A stretch of DNA of 32,000 bases from Acaryochloris marina MBIC11017 (GCF_000018105.1 NC_009925.1:5070001-5102000), one strand, 5' to 3'. Shown: positions 9,246-19,111, counted from the first letter of the stretch. Numbers and translations: made by a program. Notes: generated by a model not told the origin, from the letters alone.

Positions 9246-9626
9246 ATGATTGGATATGTGACTTTAGGTACAAACGATATCGCTAAAGCAGCCCAGTTTT
9301 ATGATTCTCTTTTCGAGGTGCTTGGCGGCAGCAGGTTTATGGAGTTCGAAAGTTTTATTGCCTGGAGTACGGGACCCGATCAGCCCAGCGTCTGTGTAAC
9401 CAAACCCTTCAATGGCGAGCCTGCCACCGTTGGCAATGGCGTCATGATTGCCCTCATGGTGGATAGCAATGACAAAGTAGATGAAGTCTACAAAAAGGCC
9501 ATTGAGCTGGGTGCCCAAGATGAAGGTCCAGCCGGGCCAAGAGGCGACATAGAAGGATTCTATGCGGGCTACTTCCGGGATCTAGATGGTAATAAACTCA
9601 ATGTTTTTCATATGCCTTCGCCCTAA
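9246..9626 (+). CDS. VOC family protein (glyoxalase/bleomycin-resistance/dioxygenase fold), single domain
   Basis: 126 aa. The N-terminus (IGYVTLGTNDIAKAAQFYDSLF) and C-terminus (YFRDLDGNKLNVF) are typical of small VOC proteins. Confidence 0.8.
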   Translation: MIGYVTLGTNDIAKAAQFYDSLFEVLGGSRFMEFESFIAWSTGPDQPSVCVTKPFNGEPATVGNGVMIALMVDSNDKVDEVYKKAIELGAQDEGPAGPRGDIEGFYAGYFRDLDGNKLNVFHMPSP

Positions 9627-9779
9627 AAGGTTGCAGGCATTATTAATTGACTGCGTCTGATCGCAGAGGCAGCATCATTTCGGCCTTAATCTGCAGTACC
9701 TATTTTCCGAAATCGCACAACTAAACCACAGTAATTCCGCATACGACTGACTACTGCTTAAAAGCAAAAGGAGACAGCC

Positions 9780-10556
9780 ATGGGTTTACAGGATCAAATC
9801 GGCAGTTTTTGCTGGTGGAGTTTAATGACAAAGGATGTGCCAAAAGCAAATGAGTTTTATCATCAGCTCTTTGATTGGCAGTTGAGTGAAATGGAAATTC
9901 CCGGCCATGACAATGCCACGATTTACGCTGCGGGAAAAGGTGGATTTGCCAATCCAGTCCCCATCGAGAACGACTTTCCGTTCCCCAGCCACTGGATTGC
10001 CTACATCACTGTTGCCAATGTCGAGCAAGCCTGTCAGCAGGCAGAAAAGTTGGGGGGCAAGGTCAGTGTTCCTACCTTTGAGATTCCATCCGTGGGCCAC
10101 ACAGCCGTGATCAATGATCCGGTTGGCTCCGCTTTTCATGTCTTCACCCCAGAGCAGGACAGTGACGATCTGAATATGATCGGTAATGGTCCTGGAGAGG
10201 TTTGCTGGATGGAACTTCTAGTCGATGATCCAACTGCTGCTTTACCCTTCTACTCCGAACTATTTGGCTGGCAGTTTTCCGCTCCTATGCCTATGAACGG
10301 TGGAGAGTATTACATCGCCAAGGTGAATGGTGAGGATGTGGGCGGGATTATGAAGCGACCGCCAGATGTACCCCAGATGCCCCCCGTCTGGATGAACTAC
10401 TTCTCCGTCAACTCAGTGGATCAGTGGTCAGATAAGGTCCAATCCTTAGGGGGTAAGATTGTGGTACCCAAAACGGAAATACCGGGGACGGGATTTTTTG
10501 CCTGTATGGAAGATCCAACCGGTGCCCATTCCTATTTATTTGAGCTGGCCCGTTAA
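9780..10556 (+). CDS. Two-domain VOC family protein (Rv0577/CFP32-like)
   Basis: 258 aa with two tandem halves. Each starts F/CW.EL...D...A..FY..LF.WQ and ends with a G-rich beta segment (DPVGSAFHVF / DPTGAHSYLF). An AAGGAGA RBS precedes the ATG. Confidence 0.8.
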   Translation: MGLQDQIGSFCWWSLMTKDVPKANEFYHQLFDWQLSEMEIPGHDNATIYAAGKGGFANPVPIENDFPFPSHWIAYITVANVEQACQQAEKLGGKVSVPTFEIPSVGHTAVINDPVGSAFHVFTPEQDSDDLNMIGNGPGEVCWMELLVDDPTAALPFYSELFGWQFSAPMPMNGGEYYIAKVNGEDVGGIMKRPPDVPQMPPVWMNYFSVNSVDQWSDKVQSLGGKIVVPKTEIPGTGFFACMEDPTGAHSYLFELAR

Positions 10557-10584
10557 ACTTTTAGCACGTCAGCGTGTTTGAATT

Positions 10585-12816
10585 ATGACCTACGAGGCCG
10601 CTCATCCGACTCATCCCCCGACCGAACAGTTACAAGGGGTTGTAGAGCGGCTAACCTATCATTCCGATGAATCGGGATATACCGTGGCCCGCTTCAAAGC
10701 CCCTAGAACCCGTGAGTTAATCACCATTGTGGGCAGCTTTGCTAATATCCAAGCGGGCCAAACCCTCCAAGTTCAGGGGATTTGGCGGGATCATCCTAAA
10801 TACGGCGCTCAATTTCAAGTCAAACAATACCAAGAAACGAAACCCGCTACCCTGACGGGGATTGAAAAGTACCTCGGGAGTGGCTTAATTAAGGGCGTGG
10901 GTCCGGTCACCGCCAAGCGCATCGTCGCTCATTTTGGCCTAGAAACCCTGGATATTATTGAGAACCAGATTGAGCGCCTAGTTGAAGTCCCCGGCATTGC
11001 CAAGAAGCGAGTCAAACTGATTCAGACCGCTTGGGACAGCCAGAAAACCATCAAAGAGGTGATGGTGTTCCTCCAGGGCCATGGTGTCTCCACTACCTAT
11101 GCTGTCAAAATCTTTAAGCAGTATGGAGACGAAGCCATCGATATCGTCACCCAGAATCCCTACCGACTGGCAACGGATGTCTATGGCATTGGCTTTATCA
11201 CTGCCGATCAAATTGCCCGTAGCTTAGGCATTCCTCCTCACTCAGAGTATCGCTATCGCAGTGGCCTCCTACATGTCCTTAGCGAGTCCGCCGATGAAGG
11301 GCATTGTTATCTACCTCAACCTGAGCTGATCACTCGGGCCGTAAAGCGATTGGCCCTCCCCGAATATCAGCCCAAGCCCGATCAAGTGGAATATTTGATC
11401 CATGCCATGGTCGCGGACGCTGAGCTGATTGTTGAACAGTTTGAACGGGAGGATGCAACGGAATTGTTGTGCTATGCTCCTCCCTTCTTTCGAGCGGAGT
11501 TTCATTTGTCTCGCCGATTACTCCAATTACTCGCCAATCCCCTAGAAGTCGATCAGGGTCGAGTCCGTCGTTGGCTCGATCGGTTTATGGAACAAACGAA
11601 TGTCCATCTCTCGGAGCAACAGCAGCAGGCTGTGGAGTTGGCCGCTAGCCAGCGAGTTGTCATTCTCACGGGTGGACCGGGCACGGGGAAGACCTTTACC
11701 ACCCGGACCATTGTCGCCCTCTGGAAAGCCATGGGGAAAGAGATTGTATTGGCTTCTCCCACCGGACGAGCTGCCCAGCGACTCAGCGAAGTAACGGGTC
11801 ACGAAGCGAAAACCATCCATCGCCTTTTAGAGTTTGACCCTAAAACCATGAAGTTTCAGCGGGATGTAGACCACCCCATTCCTGCTGATGCGGTGGTGAT
11901 TGATGAAGCATCCATGCTGGATTTGTTTCTAGCCAATTCCCTAATTAAAGCCATTGATACCAATGCCCAACTGTTGCTCGTGGGGGATACGGATCAGCTA
12001 CCCAGCGTCGGACCCGGAAATGTGCTGCTGGATCTGATTACCGCCCAGAGAATTCCCGTCATGGAACTAACAGAGGTTTTTCGTCAAGCCCAAGCCAGTC
12101 AAATTATCCAAAATGCTCATCAGATTAACCAAGGCAAGTTCCCCCATCTAGAGTCTGTCAGCCCTGCGCCCAAGACGGATTGTCTCTGGCTTGGGGCACC
12201 TGAGCCGGAGCAGGGTCAGCAAGCGATTCAAGAACTCATCAATGATCTGATTCCGCAATTGGGATATGTGGCGGCACGAGATGTGCAGGTCCTTTGTCCT
12301 ATGACCAGAGGAGAGGTGGGGACTCGCAAGCTGAATCAAGTTCTGCAGGCATTGATTAATCCCCCTAGTCCGAGTAAAGCTGAGTTAACCCGAGGGGGGC
12401 TGATTCTTAGGGTGGGCGATCGCGTACTTCAACAGGTCAATGATTACAATCGCGAGGTCTTCAATGGCGATATGGGGGTGATCGAGGCGATTAATCTAGA
12501 AGAGGTTGCCGTGACGGTTCGGTATGCTGAGCGGTCTGTTTCTTATGATCTGGCAGACTTAAATGAAATAGGGTTGGCTTGGGCCGTCACGATTCATAAG
12601 AGCCAGGGGTCAGAATATCCCGTTGTGATCCTGCCTATGTATATGCAGCATTACATTATGCTGAGCCGCAATCTGCTCTACACAGGTTTGACGAGGGCTA
12701 AGAAACTGGCGATTCTAGTGGGTCCCAAAAATGCAATCAGCATGGCGATTCGACAGGTGAAGGATAAGCAGCGATATACCTTGCTGGACAAGCGGTTGAG
12801 CTTTGTTGCTCAGTGA
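10585..12816 (+). CDS. recD2: ATP-dependent RecD-like DNA helicase (RecD2, SF1B)
   Basis: 743 aa. N-terminal OB-like region with HhH-like segments (GIGFITADQIA), Walker A GGPGTGKTF, VIDEASM, LVGDTDQLPSVGPG, and C-terminal AVTIHKSQGSEYP. Confidence 0.9.
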   Translation: MTYEAAHPTHPPTEQLQGVVERLTYHSDESGYTVARFKAPRTRELITIVGSFANIQAGQTLQVQGIWRDHPKYGAQFQVKQYQETKPATLTGIEKYLGSGLIKGVGPVTAKRIVAHFGLETLDIIENQIERLVEVPGIAKKRVKLIQTAWDSQKTIKEVMVFLQGHGVSTTYAVKIFKQYGDEAIDIVTQNPYRLATDVYGIGFITADQIARSLGIPPHSEYRYRSGLLHVLSESADEGHCYLPQPELITRAVKRLALPEYQPKPDQVEYLIHAMVADAELIVEQFEREDATELLCYAPPFFRAEFHLSRRLLQLLANPLEVDQGRVRRWLDRFMEQTNVHLSEQQQQAVELAASQRVVILTGGPGTGKTFTTRTIVALWKAMGKEIVLASPTGRAAQRLSEVTGHEAKTIHRLLEFDPKTMKFQRDVDHPIPADAVVIDEASMLDLFLANSLIKAIDTNAQLLLVGDTDQLPSVGPGNVLLDLITAQRIPVMELTEVFRQAQASQIIQNAHQINQGKFPHLESVSPAPKTDCLWLGAPEPEQGQQAIQELINDLIPQLGYVAARDVQVLCPMTRGEVGTRKLNQVLQALINPPSPSKAELTRGGLILRVGDRVLQQVNDYNREVFNGDMGVIEAINLEEVAVTVRYAERSVSYDLADLNEIGLAWAVTIHKSQGSEYPVVILPMYMQHYIMLSRNLLYTGLTRAKKLAILVGPKNAISMAIRQVKDKQRYTLLDKRLSFVAQ

Positions 12817-12940
12817 TGAATTCAGCTATGGGGCATTTCTTACCGGACTCTGACGGGAGTCCAGAGTTAAACTCGATTCACGTTTATTGGATTTGAATAG
12901 GAGATAGGGACTGAACAAATACATCCTTAGAATTAAATTT

Positions 12941-14440
12941 TTAGTGGTTATCCCACTCGGCATAGAAACTCCGCAGATAGTGAGCTAGAGAACGGTTATC
13001 CTTGGCTTGCCCCTCTAATTCAGCGATATTCTGCTGCCTAAGCTGTTCCTGTAGACGGTCAATGATTTCTCCCTCATTGACCTGACTGGATTGCCCATCC
13101 CAGATCACCCAGTCTCCATTCACCATGACATGCTTAACATGTTGACGGGTTGCTCTACGAAGCAGGCCATCAGGGGCTGACAAGGGCCACATGCCTTGAA
13201 TGGCTGCCCAATCAACGAGCACGAGATCTGCCATTTCGTTCTTGGCCAAGCAGCCAAGGGGGATATCCTCCCCTAACGTAATCCGTCTGCCGCCTACGGT
13301 GCCCATCTGCCAAATGGTCTGTGCTTCTAGGTTGGGCGAGGACGCCCTTGGTTGATTACCCAGGGTCCAAGCCAATCTCATTTCCCGTAGATAATCTTGA
13401 TCATCATCTAATCCATGACCATCTAAACCAATCCCTAGGTTAATCCCGGCCTGATTCATCACCGCGATGGGGGCGATGCCGCTCCGGAGTCGCAAATTAC
13501 TGCTGGGATTATGGGCAACGCCAACTCCTCGTTCTGCTAAGCGAGCTAAATCTGCTTCGTCTACCCAAACCATATGGGCACAAGTCAACCAGGGACCGAG
13601 CACACCTATTTCATCTAGATGTTGGACAAAACTTTTCCCCCAACGACGGTAGGCATATTGTTGTTGATAGCAAGTCTCCAGTAGATGCATTTGCACCCGA
13701 GTTTGGTGCTGTTGGGCAAAGTCAACTGCTTCCAGCAGTAATGGATCGCTACACCATTGCCCACCTGCAGGGCTGACATGAATTTGAACAGTATGCTGCT
13801 GATCATCGTGAAAACGGTTGTAGAGGTTGCGGCATAAACAAAAGTAATCTTTAGTGGACAACACCGAGGAAGCATCGGTCGGCTCGATCAAGGATCGTAG
13901 GTTTGCCGGTAAATGGCGGTGAAAGACTTCTGGGTCATAGGCAATAGGGTTTTGATCGACAATAGGGGGATGGAATGCAACTCGAATGCCCACATCTCGA
14001 TAGCCTTGAATTGTCTGATCTGCCTCAGTTTCTAGCGTTTGCCAATTACGGGGATTGTGACTATGAGAGACAGTCCCTACTCCAGATTTCAGTAGCTGTA
14101 ACCCATCAAAGGCTGCTGCAAGATAGGGATCAAGGGTGGGCTGAGCCCCTAACTGGAGCAGCCAAATTTCGAGTAAGTCATCGGCGATTCCAAAGGATCC
14201 TGTGCCAATGGCACGACCATGGTCATGACTATTCACCAGTGCTGGCATCAGCAGGAGGTGATCGCCACCCTTTTGTGGAGTATCAGGATAGCGATCCGTC
14301 AGTTCCTGGTGTGATCCAGCAGCGACAATTCGGTTCCCCTCAACACAAACACCAAAATTGGATTGAGCCGGAACATGCGGGTTGGGTAGTGCTGTTCCAG
14401 CCCAAATAATCTGCTGAGGATGGGGATTCTCTAACACCAA
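12941..14440 (-). CDS. Amidohydrolase-superfamily protein (chlorohydrolase/aminohydrolase-like)
   Basis: 499 aa. Metal-binding N-terminal motif LVNSHDHGR, internal H residues, and the GIGLDGHG...DD segment typical of metal-dependent deaminase-type hydrolases. The substrate is unknown. Confidence 0.8.
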   Translation of the reverse strand: MVLENPHPQQIIWAGTALPNPHVPAQSNFGVCVEGNRIVAAGSHQELTDRYPDTPQKGGDHLLLMPALVNSHDHGRAIGTGSFGIADDLLEIWLLQLGAQPTLDPYLAAAFDGLQLLKSGVGTVSHSHNPRNWQTLETEADQTIQGYRDVGIRVAFHPPIVDQNPIAYDPEVFHRHLPANLRSLIEPTDASSVLSTKDYFCLCRNLYNRFHDDQQHTVQIHVSPAGGQWCSDPLLLEAVDFAQQHQTRVQMHLLETCYQQQYAYRRWGKSFVQHLDEIGVLGPWLTCAHMVWVDEADLARLAERGVGVAHNPSSNLRLRSGIAPIAVMNQAGINLGIGLDGHGLDDDQDYLREMRLAWTLGNQPRASSPNLEAQTIWQMGTVGGRRITLGEDIPLGCLAKNEMADLVLVDWAAIQGMWPLSAPDGLLRRATRQHVKHVMVNGDWVIWDGQSSQVNEGEIIDRLQEQLRQQNIAELEGQAKDNRSLAHYLRSFYAEWDNH

Positions 14441-14481
14441 GGGATCTCAGCTCACACGCTGTTTGAATGGATTCCGTAGCA

Positions 14482-14587
14482 TGGGGTTTAGGGTACATTG
14501 AAACAGAAAATAGCATCTGAAACCTTTACTGTCAAAGCATTATAGCCTTAGCGTTGCTTTTTATCCCTAATGTACTCTAAACCCCAG
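14482..14587. mobile_element. MITE-like small element with ~18-nt terminal inverted repeats
   Basis: TGGGGTTTAGGGTACATT (14482-14499) is the near-perfect reverse complement of AATGTACTCTAAACCCCA (14569-14586), with one mismatch. Its right ~70 nt recur at 19042-19111. Confidence 0.5.
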
Positions 14588-14703
14588 ATTGCTGAATGCC
14601 TGAAAGTCCCGCTAGCCAACGTAGAGAATTCTGTCTGCTATATCGGGCATGGGAAGGATATGGTGTCGATCATAAATCACTTTCTGATGATGCACTGATT
14701 CTT

Positions 14704-14747
14704 TTGACATAATTAGCTTCTCAAAGCTATATTAGTAAGTACTTACT
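14704..14747 (+). promoter_or_regulatory. tetR promoter plus a 14-nt perfect palindromic operator
   Basis: TTGACA (14704-14709), an 18-nt spacer, then TATATT (14728-14733). This is followed immediately by the perfect palindrome AGTAAGTACTTACT (14734-14747), 13 nt before the tetR ATG. Confidence 0.55.
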
Positions 14748-14759
14748 CACTTTAGAAAA

Positions 14760-15368
14760 ATGGCACGCCCACCAAAAATCTCGAATGAAAATATTCTGGC
14801 GATAGCACGAGAGATCTTCCTGGAACAGGGGGTGGGGGCTTCAACCCTTGATATTGCTGAGCAGGTTGGAATTTCTGAAGCCTCCATCTTCAAGCGGTTC
14901 AAAACAAAGCAAACTTTATTTGCTGCAGCCATGGGCATTTTGGAGCAACCGCCATGGTTGTCTGTACTCGCAGATTATGAGCCCACAGCCAATGTCAAAT
15001 CGGAACTTACCGATATTTGTGAGCAAATGTTGGCGTTCTATCAGGATCTAATGCCACGGGTTTTGATGGTAATGGCTCAAGGTAAAGTATCCGCTCCACT
15101 ACCGATAGTGCCACCACCCATCCGAGATCGAAAGCTCTTAGTTGGCTTTCTTGATCGAGCAGTGCAAGCAGGCCATCTCCGAACCTGTGATACGCAGACT
15201 GTCGCACAGATGATTATTGGAACCATCATCAATACTGTTGTTACTCAGCATATGATCCACAAATTATCTATCCAGCCATCCATGCCAAATTTTGTATTTC
15301 CGCCTTCAGAAACGCTTATCAAAAATTTGATTGAGACGTTGTGGATGGGGATTGCACCTGATTCATAA
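14760..15368 (+). CDS. TetR/AcrR family transcriptional regulator
   Basis: 202 aa with the N-terminal HTH region ILAIAREIFLEQGVGASTLDIAEQVGISEASIFKRFKTKQ. Confidence 0.9.
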   Translation: MARPPKISNENILAIAREIFLEQGVGASTLDIAEQVGISEASIFKRFKTKQTLFAAAMGILEQPPWLSVLADYEPTANVKSELTDICEQMLAFYQDLMPRVLMVMAQGKVSAPLPIVPPPIRDRKLLVGFLDRAVQAGHLRTCDTQTVAQMIIGTIINTVVTQHMIHKLSIQPSMPNFVFPPSETLIKNLIETLWMGIAPDS

Positions 15369-15388
15369 ATTTTTTATTCAATTCGTAA

Positions 15389-15400
15389 GTAAGTACTTAC
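15389..15400. promoter_or_regulatory. Second copy of the operator palindrome, upstream of the exporter genes
   Basis: GTAAGTACTTAC (15389-15400) is identical to the 12-nt core of the palindrome at 14735-14746. It lies 33 nt before the GTG start of the adaptor gene. Confidence 0.55.
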
Positions 15401-15432
15401 ATTTTATCGCTTGAATATCTTGGAGGCCAACA

Positions 15433-16935
15433 GTGGTTTCGAGTCAAATACCTACGCAAGAGCCCCGTCAACCACCAAAAAAATATTCCTTATGGCGTAG
15501 GCTTCGATGGGGGTTGTTGGTGTTGATGATTGTCTTTGGTCCTGGTCGAACGAGTGTCCAATTTTTAATGGCTCGCAGGGAATCCTCTGGGACACAACTG
15601 TTGACTCAATCTGTAGAACGGAAAACGCTACCCGTGACGATTACGGCCAATGGGGAGGTTCATGCAGCTCGATCAATTAATCTTAGTCCCAAATCGGCTG
15701 GGGTGATTGAACAACTATTGGTGCAGGAGGGAGATCGTGTTCGTCAAGGTCAGTTGATGGCGATCATGGATGATGCCAATCTGCGAGGGCAACTGATCCA
15801 GGTGCAGGGCCAGCTTGCCCAGCAAGAAGCAAACCTCCAGCGGCTGCTCGCTGGAAATCGCCGAGAGGATATCGCTAAGGCCAAAGCTCAGCTCACGGAA
15901 GCTCGTGCCCAATTACAGCAATTGCAGTCAGGAAGCCGTCCCCAGGAAGTTGCTCAGGCGGAGGCCCGTCTACAGCAAGCCCAAGCTACGTTAAAGCTAA
16001 GAGAAACGGATTGGCAACGATACCAGCAGCTTTATCAAGCAGGTGCAGTCTCCCGAGAAAGTCGCGATCAAAAACGGACAGATCGTGATGTTGCCAAGAA
16101 TCAGGTTCGGGAAGCAGAACAAGCCCTAGCTTTGCAACAGGCAGGCCCTCGCTCTGAAGAATTGACACAGGCAGAGGCCCGAGTCACGCAGCAAGAACAA
16201 ACCCTTGCAGCCCTTCAGGCGGGGAACCGAACGGAGGATATAGCCCAGGCTCGTGCCCAGGTCTTATCAGCCCAAGGGTCACTCGCTACGATTCAAGCTC
16301 AGCTGCGGGATGCCAAAATCCTGGCTCCCTTCGATGGGGTGATCACCCAAATTTATGCGGATGTGGGGGCTTTTGTCAGCCCGTCTATGGCTGGGAGTGG
16401 CATCTCCGCTTCATCTTCTTCGATTTTGACCTTAGCGAGTGATCGCTATGAGGTCGTCGTCAATCTATCGGAAGCCCAAATTGCTCAAGTCAAACTGGAT
16501 CAGAAGGTGAACGTGAAGATTGATGCGCTACCAAAGACGCCTTTGACGGGGACTGTTTCCCAAATTGCGCCCCAAGCCACCGTCACCCAAAACGTCACCA
16601 GTTTTGAAGTTAGGGTCACTCTCCCATCTACTACTACCGAGAAGTTGAAGGTTGGGATGAATGTAGAAGCAGACTTTGAGGTGGATCGATTGGAGAATGC
16701 ACTCTTGGTCCCCAATGCAGCGGTTGTTCGCCAAGCTAACCAAGAGGGGGTTTATATATTAGCGGAGAATCGTCAACCGAAGTTTCAAGTGATTCAAACG
16801 GGAGCAACGGCCAACGGACAAACAGAGGTGACTTCAGGGCTGAAGGGGCAAGAGAGAGTGTTGATCAGTCCGCCTACAGAGTCAAAATCAGGACCTAACC
16901 GACGGCTTCCCTTTGGTCCGCGTCCTCAGGAGTAG
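15433..16935 (+). CDS. Efflux periplasmic adaptor (HlyD/MacA/DevB-like membrane fusion protein)
   Basis: 500 aa. GTG start with GGAGG at 15422-15426, an N-terminal membrane anchor, a long Q/A-rich coiled-coil hairpin with repeated GNR.EDIA.A.AQ units, and a beta-barrel C-terminal half. Confidence 0.9.
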   Translation: MVSSQIPTQEPRQPPKKYSLWRRLRWGLLVLMIVFGPGRTSVQFLMARRESSGTQLLTQSVERKTLPVTITANGEVHAARSINLSPKSAGVIEQLLVQEGDRVRQGQLMAIMDDANLRGQLIQVQGQLAQQEANLQRLLAGNRREDIAKAKAQLTEARAQLQQLQSGSRPQEVAQAEARLQQAQATLKLRETDWQRYQQLYQAGAVSRESRDQKRTDRDVAKNQVREAEQALALQQAGPRSEELTQAEARVTQQEQTLAALQAGNRTEDIAQARAQVLSAQGSLATIQAQLRDAKILAPFDGVITQIYADVGAFVSPSMAGSGISASSSSILTLASDRYEVVVNLSEAQIAQVKLDQKVNVKIDALPKTPLTGTVSQIAPQATVTQNVTSFEVRVTLPSTTTEKLKVGMNVEADFEVDRLENALLVPNAAVVRQANQEGVYILAENRQPKFQVIQTGATANGQTEVTSGLKGQERVLISPPTESKSGPNRRLPFGPRPQE

Positions 16936-16937
16936 TT

Positions 16938-18200
16938 ATGGCAGTTTTCAAATCCAAGCCTCAGCGGATTTCAGCCTTTGAAATTGGAGAAATGGCAATT
17001 GTCGCACTCTGGGACAACAAGCTCCGCAGTGGACTGACGATGTTGGGCGTGATTATCGGCATCGGTTCAGTTATTTCAATTTCCTCCATCGGTCAGGGGA
17101 TTCAGCAATCGACTGAAGATAGTATTCGCAGCCTGGGTACGGATGTGTTGCAGGTGATGGCAGGGTCAGCGAAAAGCGGTGGGGTTAGCCAAGGTCAGGG
17201 GTCGATCACAACCCTGACTTGGGAAGATGCTAAAGCGATAGAAGCCCAAGCACCCTCTGCAACTGTTGTTTCAGCATACTTACAGCGCAATACTCAAGTT
17301 GTCTATGGTGAAGAAAACACGGCCACCACAGTCTATGGTGCTGATCTCAGCTATCCCGAAGCCCGCAATACTTTCCCAAAAACAGGACGATTCTTTACTG
17401 CAGAGGAACTGGAAACCGCCGCTTCAGTAGTCGTAATTGCCCCTACCGTTCAAAGCAATTTATTCCCTAATCACGTCAATCCCATTGGTGAAAAGCTGCG
17501 GATTCAGGGAGAGATATACGAGATAATTGGGGTGATGGAAGCTAAAGGCTCTCAAGGTCCCATTGATCGCGATGATGCAGTCTATATCCCCCTGACCAGT
17601 ATGTCGGCTCGGATTATCGGTAACAATGCCCTGATTGGTGTATCAGTAAATGGAATCTATATTAAGGGCCAGGACGAATCTCAACTCGATATTGTCAAGT
17701 TCCAGGTGGAGAATATCCTCCGCCTTCGGCATAATATTTCCTCTCCTGCAGAGGATGATTTCCGGATTACAAATCAGGCCGATATTCTGCAAACCTTCAC
17801 CACAATTTTGGGTTTGCTAACAATCATGATTGTGACCATTGCTGGGATCTCCCTGGTCGTGGGAGGGATTGGCATTGCCAACATCATGTTGGTGTCTGTA
17901 GTAGAACGCACACGGGAGATTGGAATTCGCAAAGCGTTAGGGGCTACGGATGGAGCAATTCTGAGCCAATTTCTAACGGAGTCGGTGGTGATTTCCGTCG
18001 TGGGGGGTGTAATTGGCATTGTTCTGGGGGTAGGCATCACCTTTATTTCAGCGACTGCCTTTGGCTTTACTTTTATTGTGTCCAGTAGTGCGGTGGCGAT
18101 TGGTGTTGGTTTATCCACTACGGTTGGCTTAGTCGCAGGGGTTATTCCCGCTCGCAACGCAGCCCGACTCGACCCCATTGAGGCTCTTCGCAGTGATTAG
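16938..18200 (+). CDS. ABC transporter permease, MacB/FtsX (DevC-like)
   Basis: 420 aa. One N-terminal TM helix, a large periplasmic domain, and a C-terminal FtsX region (VERTREIGIRKALGA). Its start is 2 nt after the adaptor gene's stop. Confidence 0.9.
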   Translation: MAVFKSKPQRISAFEIGEMAIVALWDNKLRSGLTMLGVIIGIGSVISISSIGQGIQQSTEDSIRSLGTDVLQVMAGSAKSGGVSQGQGSITTLTWEDAKAIEAQAPSATVVSAYLQRNTQVVYGEENTATTVYGADLSYPEARNTFPKTGRFFTAEELETAASVVVIAPTVQSNLFPNHVNPIGEKLRIQGEIYEIIGVMEAKGSQGPIDRDDAVYIPLTSMSARIIGNNALIGVSVNGIYIKGQDESQLDIVKFQVENILRLRHNISSPAEDDFRITNQADILQTFTTILGLLTIMIVTIAGISLVVGGIGIANIMLVSVVERTREIGIRKALGATDGAILSQFLTESVVISVVGGVIGIVLGVGITFISATAFGFTFIVSSSAVAIGVGLSTTVGLVAGVIPARNAARLDPIEALRSD

Positions 18201-18908
18201 GTGTCTAAAGCGAGCGTGTCAGCCATGATTATTCTGGAAAATATTACCAAATGCTATCAACTGGGTGACAATCAAGTCCCCATTTTGAGAGGAATCGACC
18301 TTCACATCCAGCCAGGAGAGTATGTCTCCATCATGGGTGCCTCAGGCTCTGGTAAATCAACATTAATGAACATCATCGGTTGCTTAGATCAGCCCACGGA
18401 TGGTCAATATTTTCTGGATAACCGCAACCTAACCACTTTTACCAAAGATGAATTAGCGCTAATACGCAATCAACAGATTGGCTTTGTGTTTCAACAATTT
18501 AATCTATTGCCTCGTTCCACCGCCTTGGAGAACGTGATGTTGCCCATGATCTATGCAGGGATTCCAAAATCAGAGCGGCGTTGTCGAGCTGTTGAGATGT
18601 TGGATCGAGTAGGACTAGGCGACCGCCTGATGAATCGTCCGAGTCAGCTTTCAGGTGGACAGCAGCAACGGGTTGCGATCGCACGAGCCCTAGTGAATAA
18701 TCCTGCCTTGCTATTAGCAGATGAACCAACAGGAGCCCTGGATTCTCAAACCTCACAAGAAGTCATGAATTTGTTTCAGACTTTGAACCAACAGGACATT
18801 ACGATTGTGGTAATTACCCATGAACTTGAGGTCGCCACCCAAGCCCAGCGTCGCATCACGATTTGTGATGGTCAGATATTGAATCATTCCAAAGGCGAGG
18901 TAACCTAA
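18201..18908 (+). CDS. ABC transporter ATP-binding protein (MacB/DevA-like)
   Basis: Walker [10 protein letters not shown], signature [15 protein letters not shown], and Walker B LLLADEPT. The track's GTG start abuts the permease stop. An ATG at 18225 (MIILENITK...) is an equally plausible start. Confidence 0.9.
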   Translation: MSKASVSAMIILENITKCYQLGDNQVPILRGIDLHIQPGEYVSIMGASGSGKSTLMNIIGCLDQPTDGQYFLDNRNLTTFTKDELALIRNQQIGFVFQQFNLLPRSTALENVMLPMIYAGIPKSERRCRAVEMLDRVGLGDRLMNRPSQLSGGQQQRVAIARALVNNPALLLADEPTGALDSQTSQEVMNLFQTLNQQDITIVVITHELEVATQAQRRITICDGQILNHSKGEVT

Positions 18909-19041
18909 ACGTCTAAAAGTACCTTTCAGAAAGGCTTTTAGAGGCTGAATAGATGAATTTTAAAGAAGTTATTTCTTTGAAACCTATACCTGAAGAACAA
19001 TACGTCGATTTTGGTGCTTTAAAAAGCTCGAAAGTTATCGC

Positions 19042-19111
19042 CTGAAATCCATGCTGTCAAATCATTACAGCCTTAGCGTTGTTTTCTGTTCCAATGTAAC
19101 CATAACCCCAG
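19042..19111. repeat. Partial second copy (right half) of the 14482-14587 element
   Basis: My hand alignment of 19042-19111 to 14517-14587 gives about 56 of 71 identical positions, in the same orientation. It includes CTGTCAAA.CATTA.AGCCTTAGCGTTG and the terminal AATGTA...AACCCCAG. Confidence 0.5.

Noticed and set aside
12846-12863. 6-bp hairpin GGACTC-N6-GAGTCC between recD2 and the amidohydrolase gene
   Set aside because: The stem is too short and lacks a U-run, so I cannot call it a terminator with any confidence.
17774-18178. 134-aa antisense ORF in the ABC permease gene
   Set aside because: It is a shadow frame opposite a clear FtsX-domain CDS.
18953-19045. 30-aa ORF (MNFKEVISLKPIPEEQYVDFGALKSSKVIA) just after the ABC ATPase gene, ending where the repeat copy begins
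   Set aside because: There is no RBS and I recognised no family. It is too short to distinguish from chance without conservation data.
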